Assembly: GCA_964510165.1 (NCBI GenBank)
Contig: CAZEBC010000008.1
Span: forward strand, 1 to 47,965
Direction of reading: 5' to 3'
Source of the DNA: an uncultured bacterium
Lineage (GTDB): Bacteria > Abyssobacteria > SURF-5
Length of the DNA stretch: 47,965 nucleotides
Shown: piece by piece, positions 16,864 through 27,131 of the stretch
Layout of the letters: each line of letters begins with the position of its first letter
How positions within the stretch are numbered: position 1 is the first letter of the stretch
Position numbers and translations under genes: made by a program
The notes under the pieces: generated by a model
What the model saw: only the letters and a program-made list of their open reading frames with translations
Told to the model about the DNA's origin: nothing
Databases searched by the model: none

Positions 16864-19107
16864 GTGGCGAACAAGATCGGAGTATACATTTGTACCGGCT
16901 ACGGCATCGGTGATGCTATCAATATCGAGGAACTGTGCAAGATAGCCACAAGCGAATACAAGACGCCGGTGTGCAAGACTGTGCCCTCATGCGAGGGAGA
17001 TGACCTCGAGTTCATCAAGAAGGACATCGCTGAGCAGGGTCTGGACAAAGTCGTCATCGCCGGGCCATCCCCCCGTTTCTTTGCGCCCAAGACGTTTCCC
17101 GCCGAGCTGATGGTGGAATATGTGAACCTCAGAGAACAGGTTGCATGGTGCCAGCCACCCAACGAAGAAGACACCCAGATGCTGGCCAATGACTATCTGC
17201 GAATGGGCATTGTGAAAATCCAGAAGACGCAGCCGGTCGAGCCGTTCCCCGAGAGCAAAGACATAAACAAGACCATCCTGGTCGTTGGCGGCGGAATCGC
17301 CGGACTGACGGCGGCTCTCGAAACGGCAAAGGCGGGCTACGATACTGTTCTGGTCGAGAAAGCTCCTCAACTCGGAGGCTGGATGGCAAAGCTGAAGAAG
17401 TCCATCCCGAGGCGCCCCCCATACGAACAGCTCGAAGACCCGGGCATCGAGGAGAAAATTAAAGAGGTCCGGCAGAACAGCAAGATAAAGGTGTACACCT
17501 CGGCCGAGATCGAAAAGATCAAGGGCGCACCCGGAATGTTCGACGTGAAGCTCAAGGGCGACGACGCAACATTCCGCGTAGGCGCCATCGTCCAGGCAAC
17601 CGGCTGGAAGCCATATCGGCCGCAGAACCTCGATCACCTCGGTTTTGGCAAGCTTGCGAACGTGATAACCAATGTCGAGATGGAAGAGATGGCCAAGAAG
17701 GGGCGCATCAGGCGTGCTGACGGCAAGGACGCCAAGAACGTGGTGTTCGTGCAGTGCGCCGGGTCCCGTGACAAGATGGAGCTTTCCTACTGCTCGTCCA
17801 TCTGTTGCTTGAACTCCTTGAAACAGGCGGCCTACGTGCGTGAGCAGGACAGTGGCGCGAAAGCTTACATCATATACGACAACCTTCGAGCTCCCGGACA
17901 TTATGAGTATTTCTACAAGAAGATGCAGCAGGACCCGGGCGTTTTTCTGACCAAGGGTCAGGTCGTCGGCGTGCAGGAAAACGGCGGTTCGCTTAGAGTC
18001 AATGTCGAGAACACGCTGGTTGGCGAAAACATAAGCATCGACGCGGACCTGGTCGTGTTGGCCACCGGTATGGTTCCGCAGTCAGCCGACGGCGAAAAGA
18101 TACGCGCTGTGATCGACGCCAAGAAGTTCATCGCCTCGGGCGAAGGCGGGGCAGGCCTTGAGCTTGCGAAGCAGAAGGTCGCTGATTTCGGGCATCACGA
18201 GGGGACCGAGATTCTGAACCTCGCGTATCGACAGGGGCCTGACCTGCCCACTCTCCAATACGGGTTCCCCGATTCCCATTTTATCTGCTTCCCGTACGAG
18301 ACACGGCGAACCGGCATCTATACCGCTGGCGCGGTCAGGTCTCCGATGGACGGACTCGGCAGCATCGAGGACGCGACCGGCGCGGCCTTCAAGGCAATTC
18401 AATGCGTCGAGATGATTTCGCGCGGAGAGGCCGTGCTGCCGCGCGCGGGCGACCTCTCATTTCCCGACTTCTTCCTCCAGCGTTGTACACAATGCAAGCG
18501 CTGCACGGAAGAGTGCCCGTTCGGGACGCTGAATGAAGACGAAAAGGGCACGCCGCAGCCCAATCCCACTCGATGTCGCCGATGCGGTATCTGCCTGGGG
18601 GCATGCCCGGAGCGCATTATCAACTTCAAGAATTACTCGGTGGACATGATCGCTTCGATGATCAAGGCGGTTGAAGTCCCCGACGAATACGAGGAAAAGC
18701 CAAGGGTGCTCATTCTGGCCTGCGAAAATGACGCATATCCCGCATTCGATACGGTCGGCGTCAAACGCTTGCGGTACAGCCCGTTCGTCCGGATCATTCC
18801 GGTGAGGTGTCTGGGTTCGGTCAACGTGATCTGGATCAATGAGGCGCTCGCCAAGGGATTCGACGGCATTCTGTTGCTCGGATGCAAGTACGGCGACGAC
18901 TATCAGTGCCATTTCGTCAAAGGCAGCGAGTTGATGAACACTCGCGGTGAAAACGTAAGAGAAAAACTGAAGCAGATGGCCCTCGAGAATGAGCGTGTTC
19001 AGTTACATCAGATCCAGATATCGGACTATGACAAGTTGCCGGCCATTGTGAACGAGTTCATGGAAACAATCGAACAGGTTGGAATGAACCCGTTCAAGGG
19101 AATGTAA
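16864..19107 (+). CDS. qmoB: QmoB (HdrA-like + ferredoxin + MvhD-like domain)
   Basis: GGGIAG, QCAGSRD..YCSSICC, DSHFICFPYETRRTG, CTQCKRCTEECP, CRRCGICLGACP, C-terminal ACENDAYPA/VRCLGS/QCHF. Confidence 0.96.
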   Translation: MANKIGVYICTGYGIGDAINIEELCKIATSEYKTPVCKTVPSCEGDDLEFIKKDIAEQGLDKVVIAGPSPRFFAPKTFPAELMVEYVNLREQVAWCQPPNEEDTQMLANDYLRMGIVKIQKTQPVEPFPESKDINKTILVVGGGIAGLTAALETAKAGYDTVLVEKAPQLGGWMAKLKKSIPRRPPYEQLEDPGIEEKIKEVRQNSKIKVYTSAEIEKIKGAPGMFDVKLKGDDATFRVGAIVQATGWKPYRPQNLDHLGFGKLANVITNVEMEEMAKKGRIRRADGKDAKNVVFVQCAGSRDKMELSYCSSICCLNSLKQAAYVREQDSGAKAYIIYDNLRAPGHYEYFYKKMQQDPGVFLTKGQVVGVQENGGSLRVNVENTLVGENISIDADLVVLATGMVPQSADGEKIRAVIDAKKFIASGEGGAGLELAKQKVADFGHHEGTEILNLAYRQGPDLPTLQYGFPDSHFICFPYETRRTGIYTAGAVRSPMDGLGSIEDATGAAFKAIQCVEMISRGEAVLPRAGDLSFPDFFLQRCTQCKRCTEECPFGTLNEDEKGTPQPNPTRCRRCGICLGACPERIINFKNYSVDMIASMIKAVEVPDEYEEKPRVLILACENDAYPAFDTVGVKRLRYSPFVRIIPVRCLGSVNVIWINEALAKGFDGILLLGCKYGDDYQCHFVKGSELMNTRGENVREKLKQMALENERVQLHQIQISDYDKLPAIVNEFMETIEQVGMNPFKGM

Positions 19108-19120
19108 GGGAGGTCTTTTC

Positions 19121-20347
19121 ATGACCACCGAAGTGAAAGTCGAAACCGCCGAGATGGAAAAGGTGGAACCTCGCACCGCACAAAAGACTCCCCGCCAAAG
19201 CGGGGTACGGGTCGAGCCGGACCTTGATTTCATTAAGGAAGTCATGGCATCGGGCGGTGAAACGCTCAAGAAGTGCTTCCAGTGCGCGACGTGCTCGACC
19301 GTGTGTGAGATAGCACCCGACCACCATCCCTTCCCGAGGAAGGAAATGATATGGGCATCATGGGGTCTGAAGGATAAACTTGTGGCCGACCCCGATGTGT
19401 GGCTTTGCCATCAGTGCGGCGACTGCTCCGTCCATTGTCCCCGCGGCGCCAGACCGGGGGACACCCTCGGGGCCATCCGAAACTATATGTTCAAGACGTT
19501 CACCTTCCCGAAGTTCTTGGGAACGTGGCTGAGCGAGCCAAAATATTTGCCGCTTGTGTTCGGGGTGCCCGTTGTGTGGTTGCTCGTCTTGCTCGCGATC
19601 GCCGGGACTATCGGGACCGTGCCCGAGGGGGACATTGAATTCACCAAGTTCCTGCCACATACGCATCTGTACAGTATCTTTATTACCGCTACTCATTTGG
19701 CTGCCTTGTTCTTCGCCATCGGGCTTGTCAAATTCTGGAAAGGGCTTGGAACATCGCAAGTGTACCAAGGGACCGGCGTTGCCGGGCCTACCCAGGGCAA
19801 CTTGATGGGTAGTCTGACGGCGACCGTCAAGGAGATTCTCACGCAGGCAAAATTCAAGAGGTGTACGGAAAACGCTTCGCGCCACGTGGGGCATTTGGCG
19901 ATCATGTATGGATTTGCCGCCATTGCGATCGGCACGGGCATTGCCTTCTTCATGATGTATGGTCTGAAAATACACCCTCCCTTTGGTCAATTCACTCCGC
20001 CCAAGCTGCTCGGCCATGCCGGCGTCATAGCCTTGATAATAGGGCTCGTGCTTGTCATGAAACACAGGCTGAGTCGCGAAGAGAGGATCACGAAGGCCAC
20101 CTATCAAGACTGGTATCTGCTGGTAGTGCTGTTCGCAGTTGCGGCGACGGGAGAACTGGTCGAGATCATACGATTTGCCGACATTAAGCCTCTCGCATAT
20201 TGGGGGTACATCGTTCATCTCGTGTTCGTTTTCGGCTTGATCGCTTATTTCCCGTACCATAAGTTCGCACACATGTTCTATCGGTTTGTGGCGATACTGC
20301 ACTCAAAATATTACGGCCGGAATGCGACCGAGAAAATTGCGGCTTGA
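19121..20347 (+). CDS. qmoC: QmoC (ferredoxin domain + membrane cytochrome b)
   Basis: KKCFQCATCSTVC, FPRKEMIWASWGLKD, WLCHQCGDCSVHCPRGA, transmembrane segments, PYHKFAH. Confidence 0.95.
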   Translation: MTTEVKVETAEMEKVEPRTAQKTPRQSGVRVEPDLDFIKEVMASGGETLKKCFQCATCSTVCEIAPDHHPFPRKEMIWASWGLKDKLVADPDVWLCHQCGDCSVHCPRGARPGDTLGAIRNYMFKTFTFPKFLGTWLSEPKYLPLVFGVPVVWLLVLLAIAGTIGTVPEGDIEFTKFLPHTHLYSIFITATHLAALFFAIGLVKFWKGLGTSQVYQGTGVAGPTQGNLMGSLTATVKEILTQAKFKRCTENASRHVGHLAIMYGFAAIAIGTGIAFFMMYGLKIHPPFGQFTPPKLLGHAGVIALIIGLVLVMKHRLSREERITKATYQDWYLLVVLFAVAATGELVEIIRFADIKPLAYWGYIVHLVFVFGLIAYFPYHKFAHMFYRFVAILHSKYYGRNATEKIAA

Positions 20348-20365
20348 ACTGGAGATGGTTCGGAA

Positions 20366-22072
20366 GTGTCTGAAACAGCCCAAAGAATAGTGGTGATAGG
20401 CGGTGTGGCCTGCGGGCCAAAGGCGGCCGCGCGCGCGCGGCGTCGTGACCCGAGCGCCAGAATCACCATCATCGAGCGCGGCCCCTTTCTGTCATACGCC
20501 GGCTGCGGCTTGCCGTATTATATAGGTGGGTCAGTGCCTCAATGCGACGACTTGCGCAAGACTCAATACGGCGTGGTCCGGGACGAAGATTTCTTCTGGA
20601 ATGTCAAGGAGATCGAAGCGCGCACTCGCACTGCGGTAGAGTCGATCAACCGAGACCGAAAGACTGTCACCATCAGAAGTCTCGAAACAAATGCGACCGA
20701 CGAAATCCCTTACGATAAACTGGTGCTGGCCACCGGAGCTTCACCCGCCAAACCGCCCATCGAGGGCTTGTCCCTGGAGCGCGTGTTCTTCGTTCATGTG
20801 CCGCATGACGCTCAACTCATGCGAGAACTGATTGAAGGCGGCGAGGTGGATAAAGCCGTCTTCATAGGCGCCGGACGCGTCTCGCTCGAGGTGGCCGAAT
20901 CGCTCTTCGCGCATGCGGTGGATGCGGCGATCGTCGAAATGGAAGGGTCCATCCTCCCTGCGATGCTCGATCCCGAAATAGCTGCGGTGGTTGCGGGCGC
21001 GCTTCGCGAAGATAACATCGAAGTATTCCTTTCGGAAAAGGTTCTGCGAATCGAAGGCGATGAGGAAGGACGAGCGTGCAAGGTCATTACCGAAGCGCGC
21101 GAAATACCGACCGACATCGTCGTGGTGGCGACGGGTGTGAAGCCTAATGTGGAACTCGCAGTTGCGGCAGGATTGGCTATTGGGGAAGCTGGCGCCATTG
21201 CGGTCAATGATCGGCTGCAAACGAGCGACCCGGACATCTATGCCGGAGGCGACTGCGTTGAGTGCACGAGCCTCGTGACAGGAAAGAAAATATACGCGCC
21301 GCTCGGCTCCACTGCAAATCGCCATGGCCGCGTAATCGGCGACAACGTTACCGGAGGCGATTCCACATTTCCAGGCGTCGTAGGCACATGCGCTATGAAG
21401 AGTATGGGAATGAACATCGCCGGCACCGGCATTACGGAGCGGCAGGCCAGGGCGCTTGGCTATTCTGTCCTCACAAGCATCGTGTCGTCGATGGATCGGG
21501 CTCATTATTATCCGGGCGCCAAGTTTATTCTGGTCAAGATGGTGGCCGACGCCAAGGATGGCCGACTCCTTGGAGCACAGGTGGTCGGGCCCGGCGATGT
21601 TACGAAGCGAATTGACGTGCTGGCCACGGCGCTTACAAGCCGGGCCGATATAGATCAGATTGCGAATCTGGACCTCAGTTACGCGCCGCCGTATTCCACC
21701 GCGCTCGATGCCGTGACGCACGCGGCAAACGTCCTTAGAAACAAGCGTGACGGTATGGCGGAAGCGCTTGGGCCGGCCGAAGTGCGCGCGAGGATGGACC
21801 GCAATGATGAGTTTGTTCTTTTGGATGTTCGCGAGATGACTGAAGTCGAGAAAGCGAAGTTCGAAGACAGACGGGTTTGCGCGATCCCGCTCAGCCGACT
21901 GCGCTCCTCGGCAAGCGAAGTCCCGAACGCAAAGGAGCTTATTTGCCTGTGTCAAATGGGCATGAGAAGTTATGAGGCCTGTCTAACGCTCAAGGGAATG
22001 GGCTTCGAAAATGTGAAGTTTCTTGAGGGCGGCTTGAGATTCTGGTCCGACGCAGGTTACTCCGACACCTGA
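20366..22072 (+). CDS. CoA-disulfide/persulfide reductase-like flavoprotein with C-terminal rhodanese domain (Npsr-like)
   Basis: IGGVACG FAD motif, [10 protein letters not shown] redox Cys, ATG, GD, YAPPYS, rhodanese [17 protein letters not shown]. Confidence 0.9.
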   Translation: MSETAQRIVVIGGVACGPKAAARARRRDPSARITIIERGPFLSYAGCGLPYYIGGSVPQCDDLRKTQYGVVRDEDFFWNVKEIEARTRTAVESINRDRKTVTIRSLETNATDEIPYDKLVLATGASPAKPPIEGLSLERVFFVHVPHDAQLMRELIEGGEVDKAVFIGAGRVSLEVAESLFAHAVDAAIVEMEGSILPAMLDPEIAAVVAGALREDNIEVFLSEKVLRIEGDEEGRACKVITEAREIPTDIVVVATGVKPNVELAVAAGLAIGEAGAIAVNDRLQTSDPDIYAGGDCVECTSLVTGKKIYAPLGSTANRHGRVIGDNVTGGDSTFPGVVGTCAMKSMGMNIAGTGITERQARALGYSVLTSIVSSMDRAHYYPGAKFILVKMVADAKDGRLLGAQVVGPGDVTKRIDVLATALTSRADIDQIANLDLSYAPPYSTALDAVTHAANVLRNKRDGMAEALGPAEVRARMDRNDEFVLLDVREMTEVEKAKFEDRRVCAIPLSRLRSSASEVPNAKELICLCQMGMRSYEACLTLKGMGFENVKFLEGGLRFWSDAGYSDT

Positions 22073-22116
22073 GCGGACCGGTAGTCTTGTGGGGTTGGCA
22101 ACTTAAGGAGAGAGTT

Positions 22117-23343
22117 ATGGCAGAGAAGGGCACACCGATGTTGGACGAGTTGGAGAAGGGTCCGTGGCCGAGCTTTGTGACGGAGATAAAGCGAGCGGGC
22201 AAGAAGAAGAAGGCGTGCATGGACCTTTTGCACCAGCTTGAGAAGTCGTACCGTGACCGTATTGGGTACTGGAAGCACGGGGGTATCGTTGGGGTGACGG
22301 GATACGGCGGGGGTGTGATTGGTCGGTACTCGATGTTTCCGGACGAGTATCCCGACATAGCGCATTTTCACACGATCCGAGTGAACATGCCGTCGGGGTG
22401 GTTTTACACGTCGAAGGCGCTTCGGGCGGTGTGCGACATATGGGACGCGCACGGGAGCGGGTTGACGAACATGCACGGATCGACAGGGGACATCATATTA
22501 TTGGGCACGACGACGGACCAGTTACAGCCGTGTTTTGACAATTTATCTGAGGCGGGTTTTGACCTTGGCGGCTCGGGTTCCGCGCTTCGTACGCCGAGCG
22601 CGTGCGTGGGACCCGCGCGGTGCGAGTGGTCGTGTTATGACACGCTTGATGCATGCCACACGATCACGATGGAGTTTCAGGACGAGCTACATCGTCCGCC
22701 GTGGCCTTACAAGTTCAAGATGAAGTTCAGCGGGTGTCCGAACGACTGTGTGGCGTCGATTGCGCGGTCGGACCTGTCGGTGATCGGGACGTGGCGGGAC
22801 GCGATGCAGGTGGACAACGGCGCGGTGCGGGAGTATGCGGAGAAGGGGTTGGACATCCAGAAAGAGGTAGCGTCGTTGTGTCCGACGCGGGCGGTGGATT
22901 ACGATTCGGGCACCAAGCAGCTTCGGATCATCAATGAGGACTGCGTGCGGTGCATGCACTGCATCAACGTGATGCCGAAGGCGTTGAGGCCTGGGAAGGA
23001 GCGGGGAGCGACGATTCTGGTAGGCGGGAAGGCGCCGATCCTGGAGGGTGCGATGCTGTCGTCGGTGATGATCCCGTTCATGAAGATGGAGCATCCGTAC
23101 GATGAGCTAGTGGAGCTTGCGCGGAAGATACATGACTGGTGGGATGAGAACGCGAAGTTTCGTGAGCGAGTAGGTGAGTTGATCAAGCGAGTGGGGATTC
23201 GGACGTTCATCAAGGAGATGGGGCTTCCTGCGGTGCCACAGATGGTGAGTGCGCCGAGGGCGAACCCGTACTATTTCTGGTGGCCGGAAGAGGTGACGGA
23301 CAGGGAAGGCAAGCCATTGATGCAGAAGAAGGAAGAGGTGTGA
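22117..23343 (+). CDS. dsrA: dissimilatory sulfite reductase alpha subunit (copy 2)
   Basis: Same translation as 7829-9055; ATG 22117 behind the AGGAG RBS. Confidence 0.97.
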   Translation: MAEKGTPMLDELEKGPWPSFVTEIKRAGKKKKACMDLLHQLEKSYRDRIGYWKHGGIVGVTGYGGGVIGRYSMFPDEYPDIAHFHTIRVNMPSGWFYTSKALRAVCDIWDAHGSGLTNMHGSTGDIILLGTTTDQLQPCFDNLSEAGFDLGGSGSALRTPSACVGPARCEWSCYDTLDACHTITMEFQDELHRPPWPYKFKMKFSGCPNDCVASIARSDLSVIGTWRDAMQVDNGAVREYAEKGLDIQKEVASLCPTRAVDYDSGTKQLRIINEDCVRCMHCINVMPKALRPGKERGATILVGGKAPILEGAMLSSVMIPFMKMEHPYDELVELARKIHDWWDENAKFRERVGELIKRVGIRTFIKEMGLPAVPQMVSAPRANPYYFWWPEEVTDREGKPLMQKKEEV

Positions 23344-23345
23344 AG

Positions 23346-24404
23346 ATGGGGAGAACGGATATAGGACCGCCGCTGTATAAGGACATGCTTCCGCCGGTGA
23401 TCACGAAGAACTATGGGAAGTGGAAGTATCACGAGATATTGAAGCCTGGGGTATTGGTGCACGTAGGAGAGAGCGGGGACAAGCTGTACACGGTTCGGCT
23501 GGGTTCACCGAGGTTGGTGAGCACGGACTACATACGAGACCTGGCGGAGTTGGCGGACAAGTACTGCGACGGGTATTTGCGGTTCACGAGCCGTCACAAC
23601 GTGGAGTTTTTGTTGACGGACGCGGGGAAGATCGAGGCGTTGATTGCGGACGCGAAGAAGCTTGGGTTGACGCCGGGGGGTACTGGCGCGTCGATCACGA
23701 GCATCGTGCACACGCAGGGGTGGATACACTGTCACACGCCGGCGACGGACGCCTCGGGGATCGTGAAGGCGGTGATGGACGATCTGTTTGAGTATTTTGG
23801 GAGCCACAAGCTGCCAGCGCAGGTGCGAATTGCGCTGGCGTGCTGTTTGAACATGTGCGGAGCGGTGCACTGTTCGGACATTGCGATATTGGGGATACAC
23901 CGGTTGCCGCCGAAGGTGGACCATGAGCGGTTGGGCAAGATATGCGAGGTACCCTCGACAGTGTCGGCGTGTCCGACGGGCGCGATTCGTCTGGACGCGA
24001 AGAAGAAGAGCGTGCAGGTGATCGAAGAGAAGTGCATGTACTGCGGGAACTGTTACACGATGTGTCCGGCGATGCCTTTGATGGACCCGGACGGAGACGG
24101 GGTATCGATCTGGGTAGGCGGGAAGGTGTCGAACGCGCGTCATGCGCCGATGTTCTCGCGGTTGGCGATTCCGTATTTGCCGAACAATCCGCCGAGGTGG
24201 CCGGAGGTGGTGAAGGCGGTTCGGAACATTGTGGAGGTGTACGCGAGCAACGCGCGCAAGCACGAGCGAGTGGGAGAGTGGATCGAGCGAGTGGGCTGGG
24301 AGCGGTTCTTCAAGCTGACGGGAATCCCGTTCACGGACAAGCACATAGACGACTTCACGCTTGCGCAGGACACGTTCCGTACGACGCCGATGTTCAAGTG
24401 GTGA
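23346..24404 (+). CDS. dsrB: dissimilatory sulfite reductase beta subunit (copy 2)
   Basis: Same translation as 9058-10116. Confidence 0.97.
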   Translation: MGRTDIGPPLYKDMLPPVITKNYGKWKYHEILKPGVLVHVGESGDKLYTVRLGSPRLVSTDYIRDLAELADKYCDGYLRFTSRHNVEFLLTDAGKIEALIADAKKLGLTPGGTGASITSIVHTQGWIHCHTPATDASGIVKAVMDDLFEYFGSHKLPAQVRIALACCLNMCGAVHCSDIAILGIHRLPPKVDHERLGKICEVPSTVSACPTGAIRLDAKKKSVQVIEEKCMYCGNCYTMCPAMPLMDPDGDGVSIWVGGKVSNARHAPMFSRLAIPYLPNNPPRWPEVVKAVRNIVEVYASNARKHERVGEWIERVGWERFFKLTGIPFTDKHIDDFTLAQDTFRTTPMFKW

Positions 24405-24480
24405 GTGCAGGGGCGGCTCTTGTGGCCGCCCGTAGGGGCGATTTTCGTGATCGCCCGCAAGGAAAGAAGGCGAGAGGCCG

Positions 24481-24726
24481 ATGGACGAGGTGACGAGGAA
24501 CGGAGTACTAGAGTTCATCAAGAAGAAGGCGGAGCGAGGGAAGGGCCTGAACAGTTATCGAGACATAACGAAGGGCTGTCCCGAGCTTGACCGCAAGGCG
24601 ATAAAGAAGGCGGTGCAGGAGTTAATAGCGGAGGGCGTGCTTGACTACTGGTCGAGCGGCAGCACCACCTACATCCGCCTGGCCGGCTATGAGCCCGGCT
24701 CTGGCGAAACCCCACCCGAAGAATAG
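24481..24726 (+). CDS. dsrD: DsrD (copy 2)
   Basis: Same translation as 10193-10438. Confidence 0.93.
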   Translation: MDEVTRNGVLEFIKKKAERGKGLNSYRDITKGCPELDRKAIKKAVQELIAEGVLDYWSSGSTTYIRLAGYEPGSGETPPEE

Positions 24727-24748
24727 GATGGGAAGCAAGCAGGAAGCC

Positions 24749-26164
24749 ATGAGGCATCTGAATAAGAAATGTCCGCGAGTCGTCTTGAGCGGATTGAGCG
24801 GTGGTTCTGGCAAGACGGTTGCCACGCTCGGATTGACTGAAATCTGGCGCCGCAAAGGCCTTGTCGTTGCCCCATTCAAGAAGGGGCCCGACTATATCGA
24901 TGTCGCCTGGCATGCGCTTTCTGCGGGCCGGCCAAGTCATAACCTCGATACGTTCCTGATGGCGCCGGATGACATCTTATGGAGTCTCGAGAACTACAGT
25001 CGATCTGCCGACGTTGCCCTGGTCGAAGGCAACCGAGGACTGTACGATGGGGTGGACGCGGCGGGCACACACAGCACCGCCGAGCTTGCCAAGCTTATTA
25101 ATGCGCCGGTAGTGCTGGTGGTCAATTGCACGAAAGCCACGCGCACCATCGCGGCGCTTGTGCTCGGATGCAGGGTGATGGACGCCGGTGTGAGAATCGG
25201 CGGAGTCATCCTGAATCAGGTTGCAAACATCCGGCAAGAATCCATAATCCGAGCCGCCATCGAGAAGGAAGTCGGAGTCCCCGTCATGGGTTCGATACCT
25301 CGGATAAAGGGCTTTTCTTTATCCGAGCGGCATCTCGGCCTTTTGCCCCCTCAAGAACATCCGCTGGCACGGAAGGCGTTGGAAGACCTGTTCGAGCAGG
25401 TGTTGAGTAATATTGATGCGGATGCTGTCTTGGAACTGGCGGAATCCTCGTCTCCTCTTCCGGCGCCGACGGTTGATGAACTTCCCGTTGCCCGGGCGGC
25501 CCGGGACACTCTCCGCATCGGCGTGTTCCGGGATTCGGCGTTCACTTTCTATTATCCCGAGAACTTGGAGGCGCTCGAGCAAGCAGGCGCTCGACTGGTG
25601 GAAATCAGCGGGCTCCTCGACGGAGAACTGCCTCCCCTAGATGCCCTCTATATCGGTGGCGGATTCCCTGAGACGCATGCAAGGGAATTGGCCGACAACG
25701 GGAGCCTGCGGGCCTCCGTACTCAGGGAAGCGCAGGATGGGCTTCCGATCTACGCCGAATGCGGCGGGCTGATCTATCTCGCGGATGCGGTGGAGTTTGG
25801 CGGGAAGAAGTATCCGATGGCGGGTGTGTTTCCCGTCATTTTTTCGGTCGGGGAAAAACCGCAGGGACACGGTTACATGGTTGTTGAGGTTGACCGACCC
25901 AACCCGTTCTTCCCGAAAGGAACTGTTCTGCGCGGACATGAATTCCACTATGCAGGCGTGTCTGAGTATGACCACGATGTGGAAACCGTGTTCAAGGTTC
26001 GGCGCGGTTCAGGTTTTGATTGTGGGCGCGACGGCCTCGTCTGCAAGAATGTCCTCGCGTCTTTCTGTCATGTGCACGCCCTCGGAGAAAAACAGTGGGC
26101 GAAGGCGCTTGTAGAGATGGCAGCAGCCCGTCGGGCCAGACATTACACAAAGATTGTCTTGTGA
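24749..26164 (+). CDS. dsrN: DsrN, siroheme amidase (cobyrinate a,c-diamide synthase family)
   Basis: GGSGKT P-loop, FKKGPDYID, EGNRGLYDG, ERHLGL, FYYPENL, YAECGG glutaminase Cys, GHEFHY; follows dsrD. Start 24749 or 24728. Confidence 0.9.
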   Translation: MRHLNKKCPRVVLSGLSGGSGKTVATLGLTEIWRRKGLVVAPFKKGPDYIDVAWHALSAGRPSHNLDTFLMAPDDILWSLENYSRSADVALVEGNRGLYDGVDAAGTHSTAELAKLINAPVVLVVNCTKATRTIAALVLGCRVMDAGVRIGGVILNQVANIRQESIIRAAIEKEVGVPVMGSIPRIKGFSLSERHLGLLPPQEHPLARKALEDLFEQVLSNIDADAVLELAESSSPLPAPTVDELPVARAARDTLRIGVFRDSAFTFYYPENLEALEQAGARLVEISGLLDGELPPLDALYIGGGFPETHARELADNGSLRASVLREAQDGLPIYAECGGLIYLADAVEFGGKKYPMAGVFPVIFSVGEKPQGHGYMVVEVDRPNPFFPKGTVLRGHEFHYAGVSEYDHDVETVFKVRRGSGFDCGRDGLVCKNVLASFCHVHALGEKQWAKALVEMAAARRARHYTKIVL

Positions 26165-26181
26165 TGGCGGTCTATTAGCGG

Positions 26182-27084
26182 ATGAAGGACTTGTGCGTGG
26201 CGGCTGTAATCATGCAGTCGGATTTCGGCAAGAAGCGCTCCAACTTGGCGAAGATGAGCAGGCTCTTGAAAAAGGCCGTGAAACGAGGCGCTGAAATCGT
26301 CTGCTTTCCCGAGTTGTGCATTACGGGATACGCGCTTGAAGAGAAGATCAGAGAACTTGCCGAACCTGTGCCGGGTCCATGCACAGAGACTTTGGCTCAC
26401 ATGGCCAAGGAAAGTGGCGCAGCGGTGATAGCGGGAATGGCCGAGCGAACAGAAGGCGGAGGCACTGCAGTGACCCAGATAGTGGCCCTAGCTTCGGGCA
26501 AGATTGCCAAGTACCGCAAAGTTCACCTGTCGCCCGGAGAGAAGAACGTGTTCGAAGCCGGAAACGAGGCGCCGGTCTTTCAGATGGGGCAAACCATATT
26601 TGGAGTCCAACTGTGTTACGACGCCCATTTTCCGGAGCTCAGCACGGTCATGGCATTGAAGGGTGCAGAGGTCCTGTTCATGTCACACGCTTCACCCGCG
26701 CCTGAATCGGCAGAGGCGAAACGGACCAGATGGCTGCGGTACCTTTCCACGCGCGCGTACGACAACAGCGTGTTCGTCGTCGCGTGCAACCAGACCGGAA
26801 ACGGGGGCGCCGGGGTCAGCTTCACGGGTGTAGCCTTGGTTGTGGACCCTCGGGGCGAGGTACTTGCGGAGACGGCCGGCCCGGAGGAAGCGATGGTTGT
26901 CGCGAATCTGAAGGCCGATGTATTGACGACGCGACGCAATACGAGGATGGGCTTCTTCCTGCCGCATCGGCGACCGGAACTGTATGGGGAGCTAGTCACG
27001 AAGGCGGCAGGAGAGCATATCGTCACGGGAGGAAGCGCGAAGCCGTGTCAGGAGACGCCGGGGGCGCTTCAGAACTCACATTAG
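26182..27084 (+). CDS. nitrilase / carbon-nitrogen hydrolase family protein
   Basis: Glu-Lys-Cys triad motifs FPEL, YRKVHL, LCYDAHFPE; RAYDN; RRPELY. Confidence 0.92.
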   Translation: MKDLCVAAVIMQSDFGKKRSNLAKMSRLLKKAVKRGAEIVCFPELCITGYALEEKIRELAEPVPGPCTETLAHMAKESGAAVIAGMAERTEGGGTAVTQIVALASGKIAKYRKVHLSPGEKNVFEAGNEAPVFQMGQTIFGVQLCYDAHFPELSTVMALKGAEVLFMSHASPAPESAEAKRTRWLRYLSTRAYDNSVFVVACNQTGNGGAGVSFTGVALVVDPRGEVLAETAGPEEAMVVANLKADVLTTRRNTRMGFFLPHRRPELYGELVTKAAGEHIVTGGSAKPCQETPGALQNSH

Positions 27085-27131
27085 TCTCAATCGGGGCTAA
27101 TAGGGTAAATCGTTAAGAAAGGAAAGACAAC

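Larger units (their letters stand above)
22106..24727 (+). repeat. dsrABD direct repeat, copy 2 (2622 bp)
   Basis: Apparently identical to 7818-10439; flanks differ immediately on both sides. Confidence 0.97.

Noticed and set aside
20366-22072. Flavoprotein as DsrL
   Set aside because: Lacks the ferredoxin domains of DsrL; has CoADR SYxxC/YAPP motifs and a rhodanese domain instead.
7818-24727. Composite transposon explanation for the duplication
   Set aside because: No transposase, terminal inverted repeats or target-site duplication at any junction.
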